A stretch of 33,732 bases of DNA from Stramenopiles sp. TOSAG23-2 (lineage: Eukaryota). Location of the stretch: the NCBI GenBank assembly GCA_900128395.1, contig LT649356.1, forward strand, positions 1 through 33,732. Direction: 5' to 3'. The notes below the pieces were generated by a model. It saw nothing but the letters and a program-made list of their open reading frames with translations. It was not told the origin of the DNA and did no database searches. Position numbers and translations under genes: made by a program. This document shows, piece by piece, positions 8,740 to 18,424 of the stretch. Each line of letters starts with the position of its first letter. Within the stretch, counting starts at the first letter, position 1.

Positions 8740-9648
8740 TTACACTGCATTTTTGTCCAAATCATTAAAATATTCATGATCCATAGAAGTTTTTGCGGTG
8801 ATACGTCCACTTGGTTCGTAAATAAGAGTTTGGCGTAACAAATCAACACCTGCTGCGTCCAATGTTGGTACACGTTGTGAAAGAGGTCTGGCAGGCCATT
8901 TTGGGAAAGTTTGTTTGTAATCTGGTAAGCGTGTAACACCTGGCCATGTTTGTTCTGTTGGTGTACCAAGGGTACGGAAGATTTTGTATAATTCATCAAT
9001 TTCTGAGTCACCTGGCCATAATGGTCTACGATTAGCCATCTCAGCGAAGATAACACCGATACTCCAGATGTCTACTGGGCATGCGTATTGCCTTTGACCT
9101 AAAAGAATCTCAGGTGCACGGTACCACAAAGTAACAACTTCATGTGTGTAAGTACGAATAGGTATTTGAAATGCACGTGCTAAACCAAAATCAGCGATTT
9201 TTAATTCTCCTGCACGGTTGATCAAAAGGTTTTGTGGTTTCAAATCACGATGCATAACACCGCGGCGATGGCAAAAGTCCATTCCTCTTACAAGTTGGAA
9301 CATGTATGATTTGACTAATTCTGGTTTCATACCGCCAACACCACAGGTATCCATATATTTTTTCAAATCTTGGTCAAGCCATTCGAATACTAAATATAAA
9401 CGTGGTGGTTGTTCACTGTGTTCAACATCTTTCAACTCAACAATGTTGCGATGGCTAAGTTCTTTTAAAAGGGAAATTTCACGCAAAGCGGTGGATGGTA
9501 CACCTTCATCTTCGACTTCTAAGCGAATTTTCTTTAATGCTACGGTAAGACCAGTAGATTTTTCGGTTGCTTTATATACAACACCATATGTACCTTCACC
9601 AATTGGTTTTTCAGTTTTTTTGTATTTGCTAATGATGGAGCTAGACAT
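8740..9648 (-). CDS. CDK1: Cyclin-dependent kinase, CDK1/cdc2 family, PSTALRE type (CDKA2/CDKB-like)
   Basis: [52 protein letters not shown]-loop [14 protein letters not shown] and GDSEID; 302 aa with no extensions. Confidence 0.95.
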   Translation of the reverse strand: MSSSIISKYKKTEKPIGEGTYGVVYKATEKSTGLTVALKKIRLEVEDEGVPSTALREISLLKELSHRNIVELKDVEHSEQPPRLYLVFEWLDQDLKKYMDTCGVGGMKPELVKSYMFQLVRGMDFCHRRGVMHRDLKPQNLLINRAGELKIADFGLARAFQIPIRTYTHEVVTLWYRAPEILLGQRQYACPVDIWSIGVIFAEMANRRPLWPGDSEIDELYKIFRTLGTPTEQTWPGVTRLPDYKQTFPKWPARPLSQRVPTLDAAGVDLLRQTLIYEPSGRITAKTSMDHEYFNDLDKNAV

Positions 9649-10369
9649 GTTTTTTTATTTATTTCAAATATATATATAAATGATTCTTTTGCTACGATAA
9701 CTATTATTCTGCGATAATAATTAAAAAAAAAAAAGGGAATGCAATATGCTATATATATAAACTACCTTTCTTGTTCTACCTGTTAAATTGTTCTACTTGT
9801 TGAAACGATATCTCTGTACATATGTCGTCTTGTATGATTTTTATTATTAATACTATAAGCATGTAAATACCATTGTTTCCACTGTTTGAATTTTTTTGAT
9901 GTAGAAAACATTTTGTTTGGTTTGTTTAATCTCATCTTAAACACCTGCTATGTCCATGTTAAATCTAATCTCACCAACTGTCATTTTTTAGAATCAAGAA
10001 TAACTGTGAGATTTTGAGTTTCTACGATATTGTGAGGTGGATTTAATGCTATGTACCTGTTCAATATACCTTAACATCAGAGTCTCTCTGGCTAAAGTGT
10101 TGGTTTGCCTCTAAAAATTTATTGGAGATTCCGTGAGCACAAAACGTTTGTGGCCTTTGTAGTAGGCACATTATAGCCTGGATACCACTACATATAGGAA
10201 TAGAAAATTATAAATAGAATAGCAATAGTACAAAACAAGATTATTTCCATCTCTTTTTTTGTGTTTGCTGGTTTGCACAAATAATAATATATATTTTACA
10301 CTATAAATAAGAAATTATATATATACTCTTCACTCAAAATAATATATGAACACTACTATATATTTCTCT

Positions 10370-13300
10370 TTACTCAAACATTTCAACTTTTAATGTCAAT
10401 ACCAATTTCATAATACTAGAATATTTATTTGGTTCTTTCAAAATAAAATTCAGCTGGTTTTTTATCTTTGTTGCATCTTCCTCATTTAACTTCAAATGAT
10501 TCATCCATTTGGATTGTAAATCGCTACTAAAATTCCATATGTAATGTAAACTCATTAATAAATTTTCGGTAATATGTATGTTATTAACGATGCGATTACT
10601 ATCATTATTACTATTATCATCAATTAAAATGTTTAATGAATATAATATTGAGTCATTGAAAAAACATTTTTCAAGCATTTCATCACAAGAAAGCAAATTT
10701 ACAATCAATAAAGTACATTCATTTTTAATCATATTGTCATGCCTTCTCAATCCCATAAACTTATAAAGGCATGATAAAATTATTTTACGATCATTAGCAT
10801 TAATCTTATACAAAGACTTGTGGTTGTGTTTCAACGTTTTCAAACAGGCTTTCAAAGCAAGTAGAAGGGGATATATTTCTACAATCTCTTTAGATAAATC
10901 ATTCTTACTTATCTTGCTTTCATCCTGCGTATTGGAATGAAAATTTACAAGTTGCGTAATCAATTGTGCTGTAAATGCTTTTAACAAAAGTGTATCGTTT
11001 ACATAATTTTCCAATATGTAACATATATCATTTACAACAGATGCTCGATGGCGAAATAACAATCCAATCATACGAATTTCTTCATTTGTTTCCTCGATGT
11101 CCATATTTATGCTCTGTAACGGAAGCGATATGTCGTTTGCATTTATCATTTTACTAGCATTGTTTGGATCTACTAAAGCGCTAATCATGAAACTCAGATA
11201 CAAAGCTGGTCCTAATTTTTCAAGACGATGAAATATTAATTCCAATATTTGAACCCTAACATTTTGCGAAACGGATGGATGGTTAATACATACAGCAAAC
11301 GCACGTAACATGAATTGATTGATATTTGGTGCATAAAAAAATACATTTAATGCTAATTTTTGTACTTTTTCATCCATCTTAAAAAATGGACCATACATTT
11401 CTTTTTTCTTTACAGGCGGGGGAGACGTAGATGATGCAAACGGCGATTTACTTTTGTCGACGATAGCAGTTTTATGATTTTTCAAAGTTACTTTTGTATA
11501 AAAAAACATTACTAGCATCCCTAGGTGTTTTTCCAATATACCATCATCATCGACATTGGCAAATAAAGCTGTATTTGACATATGTAAGATAGTGTATAAG
11601 ATTTGAAAGCATTTTTGTACATTATCTTGGTCCATGTTCTTTCCTAATTTCCACACTAGTTTTGGTATCATTCCAGTCCATACTAATAATACATCTTTCC
11701 CATCTAAACCATGGTTTGTAGATAGGGAATTCCTTTTGGAAAGACTTTTTAATATATTTAATATAACTTCTAAACACGAGCCTAGACAAGCTGAATTTGC
11801 AGGTTTTACAACTTTAAAATAATTTGTAAATGCTAGTAATACTTTGCGGAAAGAATTTGAGTTAACTTCAAACAATATATGTGGCAATACTTCAACCAAA
11901 GCAATCATACCTAAATTGGATGCAATGTTATTGTCATCAATATGATCACTACCGCGTATTTCCATTTTTGTTTCTCGTTCATATGTTTTAGTCAAATAAT
12001 TGGCAATACGTTTCCCCCAAATTTCTTCTTCACCGGTTTCGTCATCTTCCTCATCACTATTATTATTATTATTATTATTATTATTATGGTGATCTTTTTC
12101 CATTCCAAGAGTTTTACTCAGACGTACTAATGCACGGCAAAGCGATGCATTTAATCCTGCAATTTCTAGAAATGGTAAATTCCCAATACTGCCTTCTCGT
12201 TCAATTGGAAATGCATTTAATAGCGTATTACGTAAAGTCAAAATAAGATCATAATTGTATTTATTGAAGTGTTTATTATTTTTGATATAATTTCCATTTT
12301 TGATATTATTAGTTCCAACGCTATTATTATTATCAATTCTATCAACCAAAGCATAAAAAATATCTACAATGCGTTTCATTGTATTTATCGTAATACTTAT
12401 ATCTTCCAAGGTATAATTGCGTTTATTATTATTGCTACTATTAGCATTACTATTATTATTAGATTTGATATTTAAAAACGAAATTGAATGATTCCATGCA
12501 ATTATTAAAGTATTTAACAACTGTATGATTGAGGTATCCTTATTATAATTCCGATTGTTGCTATGATTTCCATTATTCGTACTGCCAGTTTCAAGTGACC
12601 GTGATCGGCAAGATTCTTGTATTGATATTTGTTGTACTTGATTTCCATTTCCATTACGATAAGCTATATTATTTAAGCCATATAACGGTGGGAAATGATT
12701 GTTATTTACATCTTGATTCCAAATGCCATATACGTTGTTTTGGTATTGAACCATTTGAATCTGGTCTTTATATTTATTGTTTTCAACTGCATATGTAATC
12801 AACATATTAATACCATCAATTACTTTTGAAATTCGTTTTAAATGTTTAGATTCATTTTTGCGTTTAGATTTATTATTATTATTTCCATTACTATTACTTG
12901 CAAACCTTTTCTTAACCGCAAATCCATCTGTAGAAGATGCTGAACGAATAGAAAGGGAAGATTTTAACAATGCAATATAATTCGGTAATAATGTACCTTC
13001 ATATTTTTTCAATATAGTCGGATTCCAATTTAATAAAATTGATGCAAAGTCAATTGCATGCAAACGGATATCACTTTCTAAATTAGACATAGCGCTTCCA
13101 ATATAAGCTATATATATATTTACAATAGAAGAACCGACTTGTTCATCTACATGTTGAAACAAATGTTTCAATAATTCTAATAAGGCAATTCGTACATCTG
13201 TATCATTATCAACGACAAGTTCTATTAAGCGACGTAATAGACGTCCAAGAGTTTCACCACCAAGTACAACATTTTGATGTACTGAAGTTAATTCTTTTAT

Positions 13301-13567
13301 GCCCCATATAGCATCCTTCCTCACTTTTGCATTATAATGTCCCAATTGCACCATTAAATCTTTCATATTTAAGTTCCTTTTGGTAACGATATCCCCCTTT
13401 TCCTTCATACTATTTTGCCCAGGCATACGGACTGACCGTGCAGTGAATGATGTATCAGTGGCATTTGCAGGCTTTAATTTCTTCCCAACTTTTACTTTTG
13501 GTCTTTTAAAATCAACAACTTGCGTACCTTTTTTCCTTTTAAATGCCTTTCTTTCATTTTTACCCAT
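10370..13567 (-). CDS. TEX10: TEX10/Ipi1 (Rix1 complex, pre-60S ribosome biogenesis)
   Basis: N-terminal DFKRPKVKVGKKLKPANATDTSFTARSV, then L..HYNAKVRKDAIWGIKEL and YIGSAMSNLESDIR (Ipi1_N-like). HEAT-like helical body with Asn-rich inserts. Confidence 0.88.
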   Translation of the reverse strand: MGKNERKAFKRKKGTQVVDFKRPKVKVGKKLKPANATDTSFTARSVRMPGQNSMKEKGDIVTKRNLNMKDLMVQLGHYNAKVRKDAIWGIKELTSVHQNVVLGGETLGRLLRRLIELVVDNDTDVRIALLELLKHLFQHVDEQVGSSIVNIYIAYIGSAMSNLESDIRLHAIDFASILLNWNPTILKKYEGTLLPNYIALLKSSLSIRSASSTDGFAVKKRFASNSNGNNNNKSKRKNESKHLKRISKVIDGINMLITYAVENNKYKDQIQMVQYQNNVYGIWNQDVNNNHFPPLYGLNNIAYRNGNGNQVQQISIQESCRSRSLETGSTNNGNHSNNRNYNKDTSIIQLLNTLIIAWNHSISFLNIKSNNNSNANSSNNNKRNYTLEDISITINTMKRIVDIFYALVDRIDNNNSVGTNNIKNGNYIKNNKHFNKYNYDLILTLRNTLLNAFPIEREGSIGNLPFLEIAGLNASLCRALVRLSKTLGMEKDHHNNNNNNNNNSDEEDDETGEEEIWGKRIANYLTKTYERETKMEIRGSDHIDDNNIASNLGMIALVEVLPHILFEVNSNSFRKVLLAFTNYFKVVKPANSACLGSCLEVILNILKSLSKRNSLSTNHGLDGKDVLLVWTGMIPKLVWKLGKNMDQDNVQKCFQILYTILHMSNTALFANVDDDGILEKHLGMLVMFFYTKVTLKNHKTAIVDKSKSPFASSTSPPPVKKKEMYGPFFKMDEKVQKLALNVFFYAPNINQFMLRAFAVCINHPSVSQNVRVQILELIFHRLEKLGPALYLSFMISALVDPNNASKMINANDISLPLQSINMDIEETNEEIRMIGLLFRHRASVVNDICYILENYVNDTLLLKAFTAQLITQLVNFHSNTQDESKISKNDLSKEIVEIYPLLLALKACLKTLKHNHKSLYKINANDRKIILSCLYKFMGLRRHDNMIKNECTLLIVNLLSCDEMLEKCFFNDSILYSLNILIDDNSNNDSNRIVNNIHITENLLMSLHYIWNFSSDLQSKWMNHLKLNEEDATKIKNQLNFILKEPNKYSSIMKLVLTLKVEMFE

Positions 13568-14041
13568 ATTTCTGTTATAGTATTTTACACACCAACAATA
13601 ATAATAATATTGTTGCTTGTCTTTTTGTTTATATATATATATATAGATATATATTATGAATATTATGCTTCTACAACAATAAGCTTGTGTATTCCTTCTC
13701 TCTAACTATTATTTATTTTTATTATTATTATTGGATGGGCGTCGTAGTCGTAGTCGTGGTGGTGATGAGAAGAAGATGAAGGATGTAGAAGAAGAATACC
13801 AGGTACTGTAGTAAATAATATAGGAAAGAAAGGAGGAACTATTGTGGTGGAGCTGCAATATGTAGTGCTATAATAGTGGTATAGAGGAGCGCAAGGGTAT
13901 TGTGTGGTGAAACAATTAAGGAAAAGGAAAAGTTTTTGCAAAAAATAGGAAAGTAAAGTAGAAAGACACTACAAATATAATATACTATACAATATTGGTT
14001 TTGTCTTTTTATTATTATATTTTTTTTCCTTTTTTATTTTT

Positions 14042-17000
14042 TTAATATTTGTAAACAGTGTTTTCATTAGTACACGAGCGCGGATCGCAAAGAACAAATA
14101 CTCTATCATGCCTAGACAATATCATTTCTGGTTTTGGGTTAGTAACTATGTACGGTAATGGTGCAGTGTGTGTAAACGGCGAGCGATAAACACCAAGCGG
14201 CAAAATTCGTAATTTCATTACTAAATACGTATACAAAACATGGTATTCTTGCTTATCAAAAATTCGTGGAACTTTAATTTGAATTAATGCATCGCATTCA
14301 CGGTAATGGTGCAAAGGCCTTTCTTTCTCTGGATGCAAAATGTTATTTAACTCTGTACTATATATCAAACGTGTTAACAATGCCATTACCGATTCGTTGT
14401 AATAAATTTGACAGACAACAGAATCAATGTCACATAGGTACACTTGACCACTACAGTATTGTGGCCACGCACACGAAGGATCATCGCTGCTTGGCCGATG
14501 CTTCAAGAATGCCATAGATTGTTCATCAAGCATCTCAGCAATGATTCGACAATTAAACTCTTCTTCAATGATACATGATGTAAATATAGTTGCAGTGTCG
14601 CGTATTCTTGTCCCCATATTTTTTGCTGCCGCTTGCGTTGGATCCGAACGTACCACTACACAATGCGCACGTTCTACACCAGCATCTAGCAGAAATTGTG
14701 TCGAAAGGCCATTACCTTGTAATATGTATATATTCTTAAATTCATCAACGCATGATTGGATAACCGCTTCGTGGTCGTCAAACTCGTTGAGCAGAAGCAC
14801 TGGAATATGCGAGAAAAATCGTAAAACGGATAAAAAGCCTTTGATACCTTTCATACTGCCTACCAATATGCAATGCCCCGCCAAATCAGCTGGGGCTTTA
14901 TGCATGACATGCATTGGGTATATCCATGCATCCTTCTGTTGCTTAGAAAGTTTAGGAGAGGCCTTCCCCATTGTTTTCGTCATAGCTTCCTTTTTGGTAG
15001 CATCTTTTGTTTCAATTTCAACGGTTTTAGTTTCTAATTGCAATTTTGCTGAAGCCATTATACTATCGTTTAAAGACGCTCCATCCTTTGCGTTAAGATC
15101 ACTTAAATTACTTATAGATACCTTTCGTAACGGGGATTTTGCAACCGCATTTTGCTTCTTCTTCATTCTTAGCGATATTTCTGATTTATTTAATGGACGT
15201 TTGATTACTTTTGCAGGGGATAATTCCACAACGTTGTTTCCAACTTGCCTTGGCAAATTTTTAGATAGTAACTCTGGATCAGGTTCCATTTCTTTCGACC
15301 CGTCCCAGAAATTTACTATTTCAGCATCTTCATAGTCGTCAGCAACTAAAAAAGCCATATCACCTGAACGTATGTAATATCCTAAAGGATTCACTAATGT
15401 TATTCTCTTCACTTCCTTATCTTTCTTCGTCTGTTTTCCAGCTTTTCTTCGTACAACTCGATCTTCAACGGCAGATATTGCGAATAAACACACACCAAAT
15501 TCTCTAAACAATTCACAACTTGCCTGTTCAAATCGAACGTTTGTGAAATAAGATGAAAATGCTACGCAATATATTTCCTGACCAAATCCGTACAAATATT
15601 CTCTCATCCATGCTGACACTTCTTTGTCACCAATTTCCCATTCAGCGCTAGATTTCATCAAATTTGTTATTAGAGTGGAAAATCCAGGACAAACTACATT
15701 CCTAGCAAGCACAGCCGCTTCAAATTCCTCTAAACAAACAATGTGGTTCCATTTTGCCCAACCACCATGATTTTTGCTTTCAGTGGACAGCAGTTGAACG
15801 TAAACTGGTAATTTCGTTGGTCTAATATCTTTCATCGCTTTAATTGCCAGTATGGAGCAGGCATCAGATGCTGTTGGATCTACGGAATATTGATTTGATA
15901 AAACAAACACGGCTTTGCAGTCCATGAAAGCGCTACGCTTTAAATCACTCTCTACAAGGACGCTACCTTTCAGATACTCGACCCTAGATTCATAATAGGA
16001 GTCTGCCAACGCGGTTGCAAGCATTTCATCTGGTTCATAATGGCATAGGAAAACAATGATATCTTTAACATCCCCGTGGTCCTCATGAAAAAACTCTTTT
16101 AAAAACCTCATTGCTGCACGTGTATCTATATCGCCACAAACAAGGACATGTGGATTATTTGATGGATTGTTGTAACTGCCAGAATATTTGGAAGCCCTTG
16201 AACTCATATCAGTATATAGATTAAATTCAGGTGGCAAAGAAATTGTTAAGCTCAACACTACCCCCAACGTTAGCAATTGTGCCCATACTGTTTTAGGATG
16301 TACATCCCCATAACCAATTGTGGTTATTGTAATAAGTAATAAGTAGGCTGCATCCCAATAAGTGAAATGGCATATTGACTTCCAACCCATTTTTTTTGGA
16401 TGCCATTCGTTATATAAAGTGGCTTGTGGAAACATAGTAAAATAGTGACGATCTTCCAACTGAACAAACGAATAAAGATCTGTATATTCTACTTCACACT
16501 CGTCGTTTCTCCACGGTACAACAAACGAACCAGGTGATAGGAAGTTTTCATATGCATGTATCAAACCGGCACCTATAAACATACACATATAAAACAGGAA
16601 AAAAATCCTATAAAGTTGTTGGCGGACTTTGGTATGTGTCACTTCTGAGTCGTCAGACATAGTGGTTTTTACAACTAAACGCAATACCCTGTAAACGCGG
16701 GCTACACGAAAGACTCGCAAAAATATCAAGTATTGATATTGTGCAGGGTTTGCATAACCTAAAATTGGAATTATGGAAGCCATATCAAAAAGTGCATCCA
16801 TACCAAAGATATATTGTATTCTCGACTCTGAAATATACCAATGGAGTAAGTAGTCGAATATAAAAAAAAAAGACACAATGATTTCAATATAACAAATAGA
16901 TGTTGGCAAATATATCGCAGACTCAAGTAAGCTACATTCAACAACATACGTTAGAGTTGAAACGAAACTTACTATTATCTGAGCCAAGTCAAGAAGAAAT

Positions 17001-17305
17001 CCATTTTTAGAATTGTATACAAACTCTTTCATTGCTAGTCGGTTGATCTCCATCTTGCTAACAGTTTCCTTTTTATCCTTTTTCAAATCTTCTGGGAGCT
17101 CAAAATTTTCGTTTTCCATTGCATGTAACAACATATTCTTTTTATGCGCAGCTTTCAACTGAGACCGCCTTTTTTCAGAATTTATGTTTATCCTTTTAAC
17201 TCTGTTGTAGTCAAGTACGTTACGTGTATAACTAAGTTTCCGTTCAAGCGTCCTATCGACAGAGCCGCTTGCCCCTTTATGACCTGATGTTCTCGGGCCA
17301 AGCAT
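14042..17305 (-). CDS. BK/Slo-family K+ channel alpha subunit (6TM plus tandem RCK domains)
   Basis: S4 LRVFRVARVYRVLR (16679-16717), K+ filter TTIGYGD (16304-16324), RCK1 HVLVCG...FLKEFFHED, YLKGS...DLKR, CPGFSTLITNL, WMREYLYGFGQEIY, RCK2 GHCILVG and C-terminal YIVTNP...DRVFVL. Confidence 0.93.
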   Translation of the reverse strand: MLGPRTSGHKGASGSVDRTLERKLSYTRNVLDYNRVKRININSEKRRSQLKAAHKKNMLLHAMENENFELPEDLKKDKKETVSKMEINRLAMKEFVYNSKNGFLLDLAQIIVSFVSTLTYVVECSLLESAIYLPTSICYIEIIVSFFFIFDYLLHWYISESRIQYIFGMDALFDMASIIPILGYANPAQYQYLIFLRVFRVARVYRVLRLVVKTTMSDDSEVTHTKVRQQLYRIFFLFYMCMFIGAGLIHAYENFLSPGSFVVPWRNDECEVEYTDLYSFVQLEDRHYFTMFPQATLYNEWHPKKMGWKSICHFTYWDAAYLLLITITTIGYGDVHPKTVWAQLLTLGVVLSLTISLPPEFNLYTDMSSRASKYSGSYNNPSNNPHVLVCGDIDTRAAMRFLKEFFHEDHGDVKDIIVFLCHYEPDEMLATALADSYYESRVEYLKGSVLVESDLKRSAFMDCKAVFVLSNQYSVDPTASDACSILAIKAMKDIRPTKLPVYVQLLSTESKNHGGWAKWNHIVCLEEFEAAVLARNVVCPGFSTLITNLMKSSAEWEIGDKEVSAWMREYLYGFGQEIYCVAFSSYFTNVRFEQASCELFREFGVCLFAISAVEDRVVRRKAGKQTKKDKEVKRITLVNPLGYYIRSGDMAFLVADDYEDAEIVNFWDGSKEMEPDPELLSKNLPRQVGNNVVELSPAKVIKRPLNKSEISLRMKKKQNAVAKSPLRKVSISNLSDLNAKDGASLNDSIMASAKLQLETKTVEIETKDATKKEAMTKTMGKASPKLSKQQKDAWIYPMHVMHKAPADLAGHCILVGSMKGIKGFLSVLRFFSHIPVLLLNEFDDHEAVIQSCVDEFKNIYILQGNGLSTQFLLDAGVERAHCVVVRSDPTQAAAKNMGTRIRDTATIFTSCIIEEEFNCRIIAEMLDEQSMAFLKHRPSSDDPSCAWPQYCSGQVYLCDIDSVVCQIYYNESVMALLTRLIYSTELNNILHPEKERPLHHYRECDALIQIKVPRIFDKQEYHVLYTYLVMKLRILPLGVYRSPFTHTAPLPYIVTNPKPEMILSRHDRVFVLCDPRSCTNENTVYKY

Positions 17306-18206
17306 ATTCGCAATACAATTACCAAAGAAGTGTTTTTAAAATAAAAATAAAGACAGGTGGTTACGGGTTACAATTTTATGCAATTTAAATTGATACGATT
17401 ACTGCTCAAGAAAGATTCTGTACTTAGTAAATAAACAACTATTGCTAGTAAATTTTATGTATATTTCATTAAATAATACAGTTCATAGATCATTGATATT
17501 ATTTAATAATACAATGGCATGTGCAATAATAATAATAGTTAGTAGTTGTTGCTATTATAGTTTAGTTGCAATAATAACAACATTAAGAAGATAGCATGGG
17601 GATAGTATTAGGAATACACTGATACGTGCATAGCATAATATCCATAATGATGTGGCATCGTACATTTTCTGGTTATGGTGTTTTTATTTATTTGAATCGG
17701 GCCATCCAGCCATTCACATCATAGACTATATGAATACCAGGCATAAATACTGTTAAATACTTGCAATTAATTTAATGCAACTGTAGCACGGTTGATAATG
17801 ATATTTATGTAGTATAACAAAAAATAAATGACAATGAATAAAAGAGTTATCTTATATCCGTAAAGGTATTTTAGACTCATAAAATAGAGTAAAGGTAAGA
17901 AATAAATGGCACATCGGCACAAATCTTATCATCACCATAGAATGCAAATTGCAGATATGCAGATTAATACGTTGTTACGTTGTTACTAATCATTCCAGCA
18001 AACCTGGTATAATATTACGTATACAGGAATGCAGGAGTATCCATGGAATAAAAAGCCTGGAAAGCCTGGGTGCCTATATGGAAAGCCAGAAAGCACCACC
18101 AAAAAAAAAATAATGATAATAGTAGTAGTATAGTAGTATCTAGCTATTATACAATGTATTACTATATAATAATGAAATAATATATATATAACTTATATAT
18201 ATATAT

Positions 18207-18238
18207 ATGTATGTTAGCCTGATGTATGTTAGCCTGAT
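18207..18238. repeat. 15-bp tandem duplication (ATGTATGTTAGCCTG x2) in the BK/Cav intergenic region
   Basis: Read directly from the sequence. Confidence 0.9.
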
Positions 18239-18424
18239 TAGTTTTAATTGCAGATTATATATAATATATATCTATACCAGTTAATAAAGTTACAAATACG
18301 AGAGTTTAGAGACGGCAGCTTTTGATTATCAAACCTGTTTAATTATTTCCAAATATACAGAAGAGTATAAGCTTATCTTGTTTAATTTACCAAGCTTTAG
18401 TAAAAACTGTCAATAGTAGTATCT

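Noticed and set aside
14541-15335. Long antisense ORFs (also 624-1355, 9218-9679, 20680-21441, 26957-27457)
   Set aside because: Shadow ORFs opposite well-supported genes, with no independent motifs.
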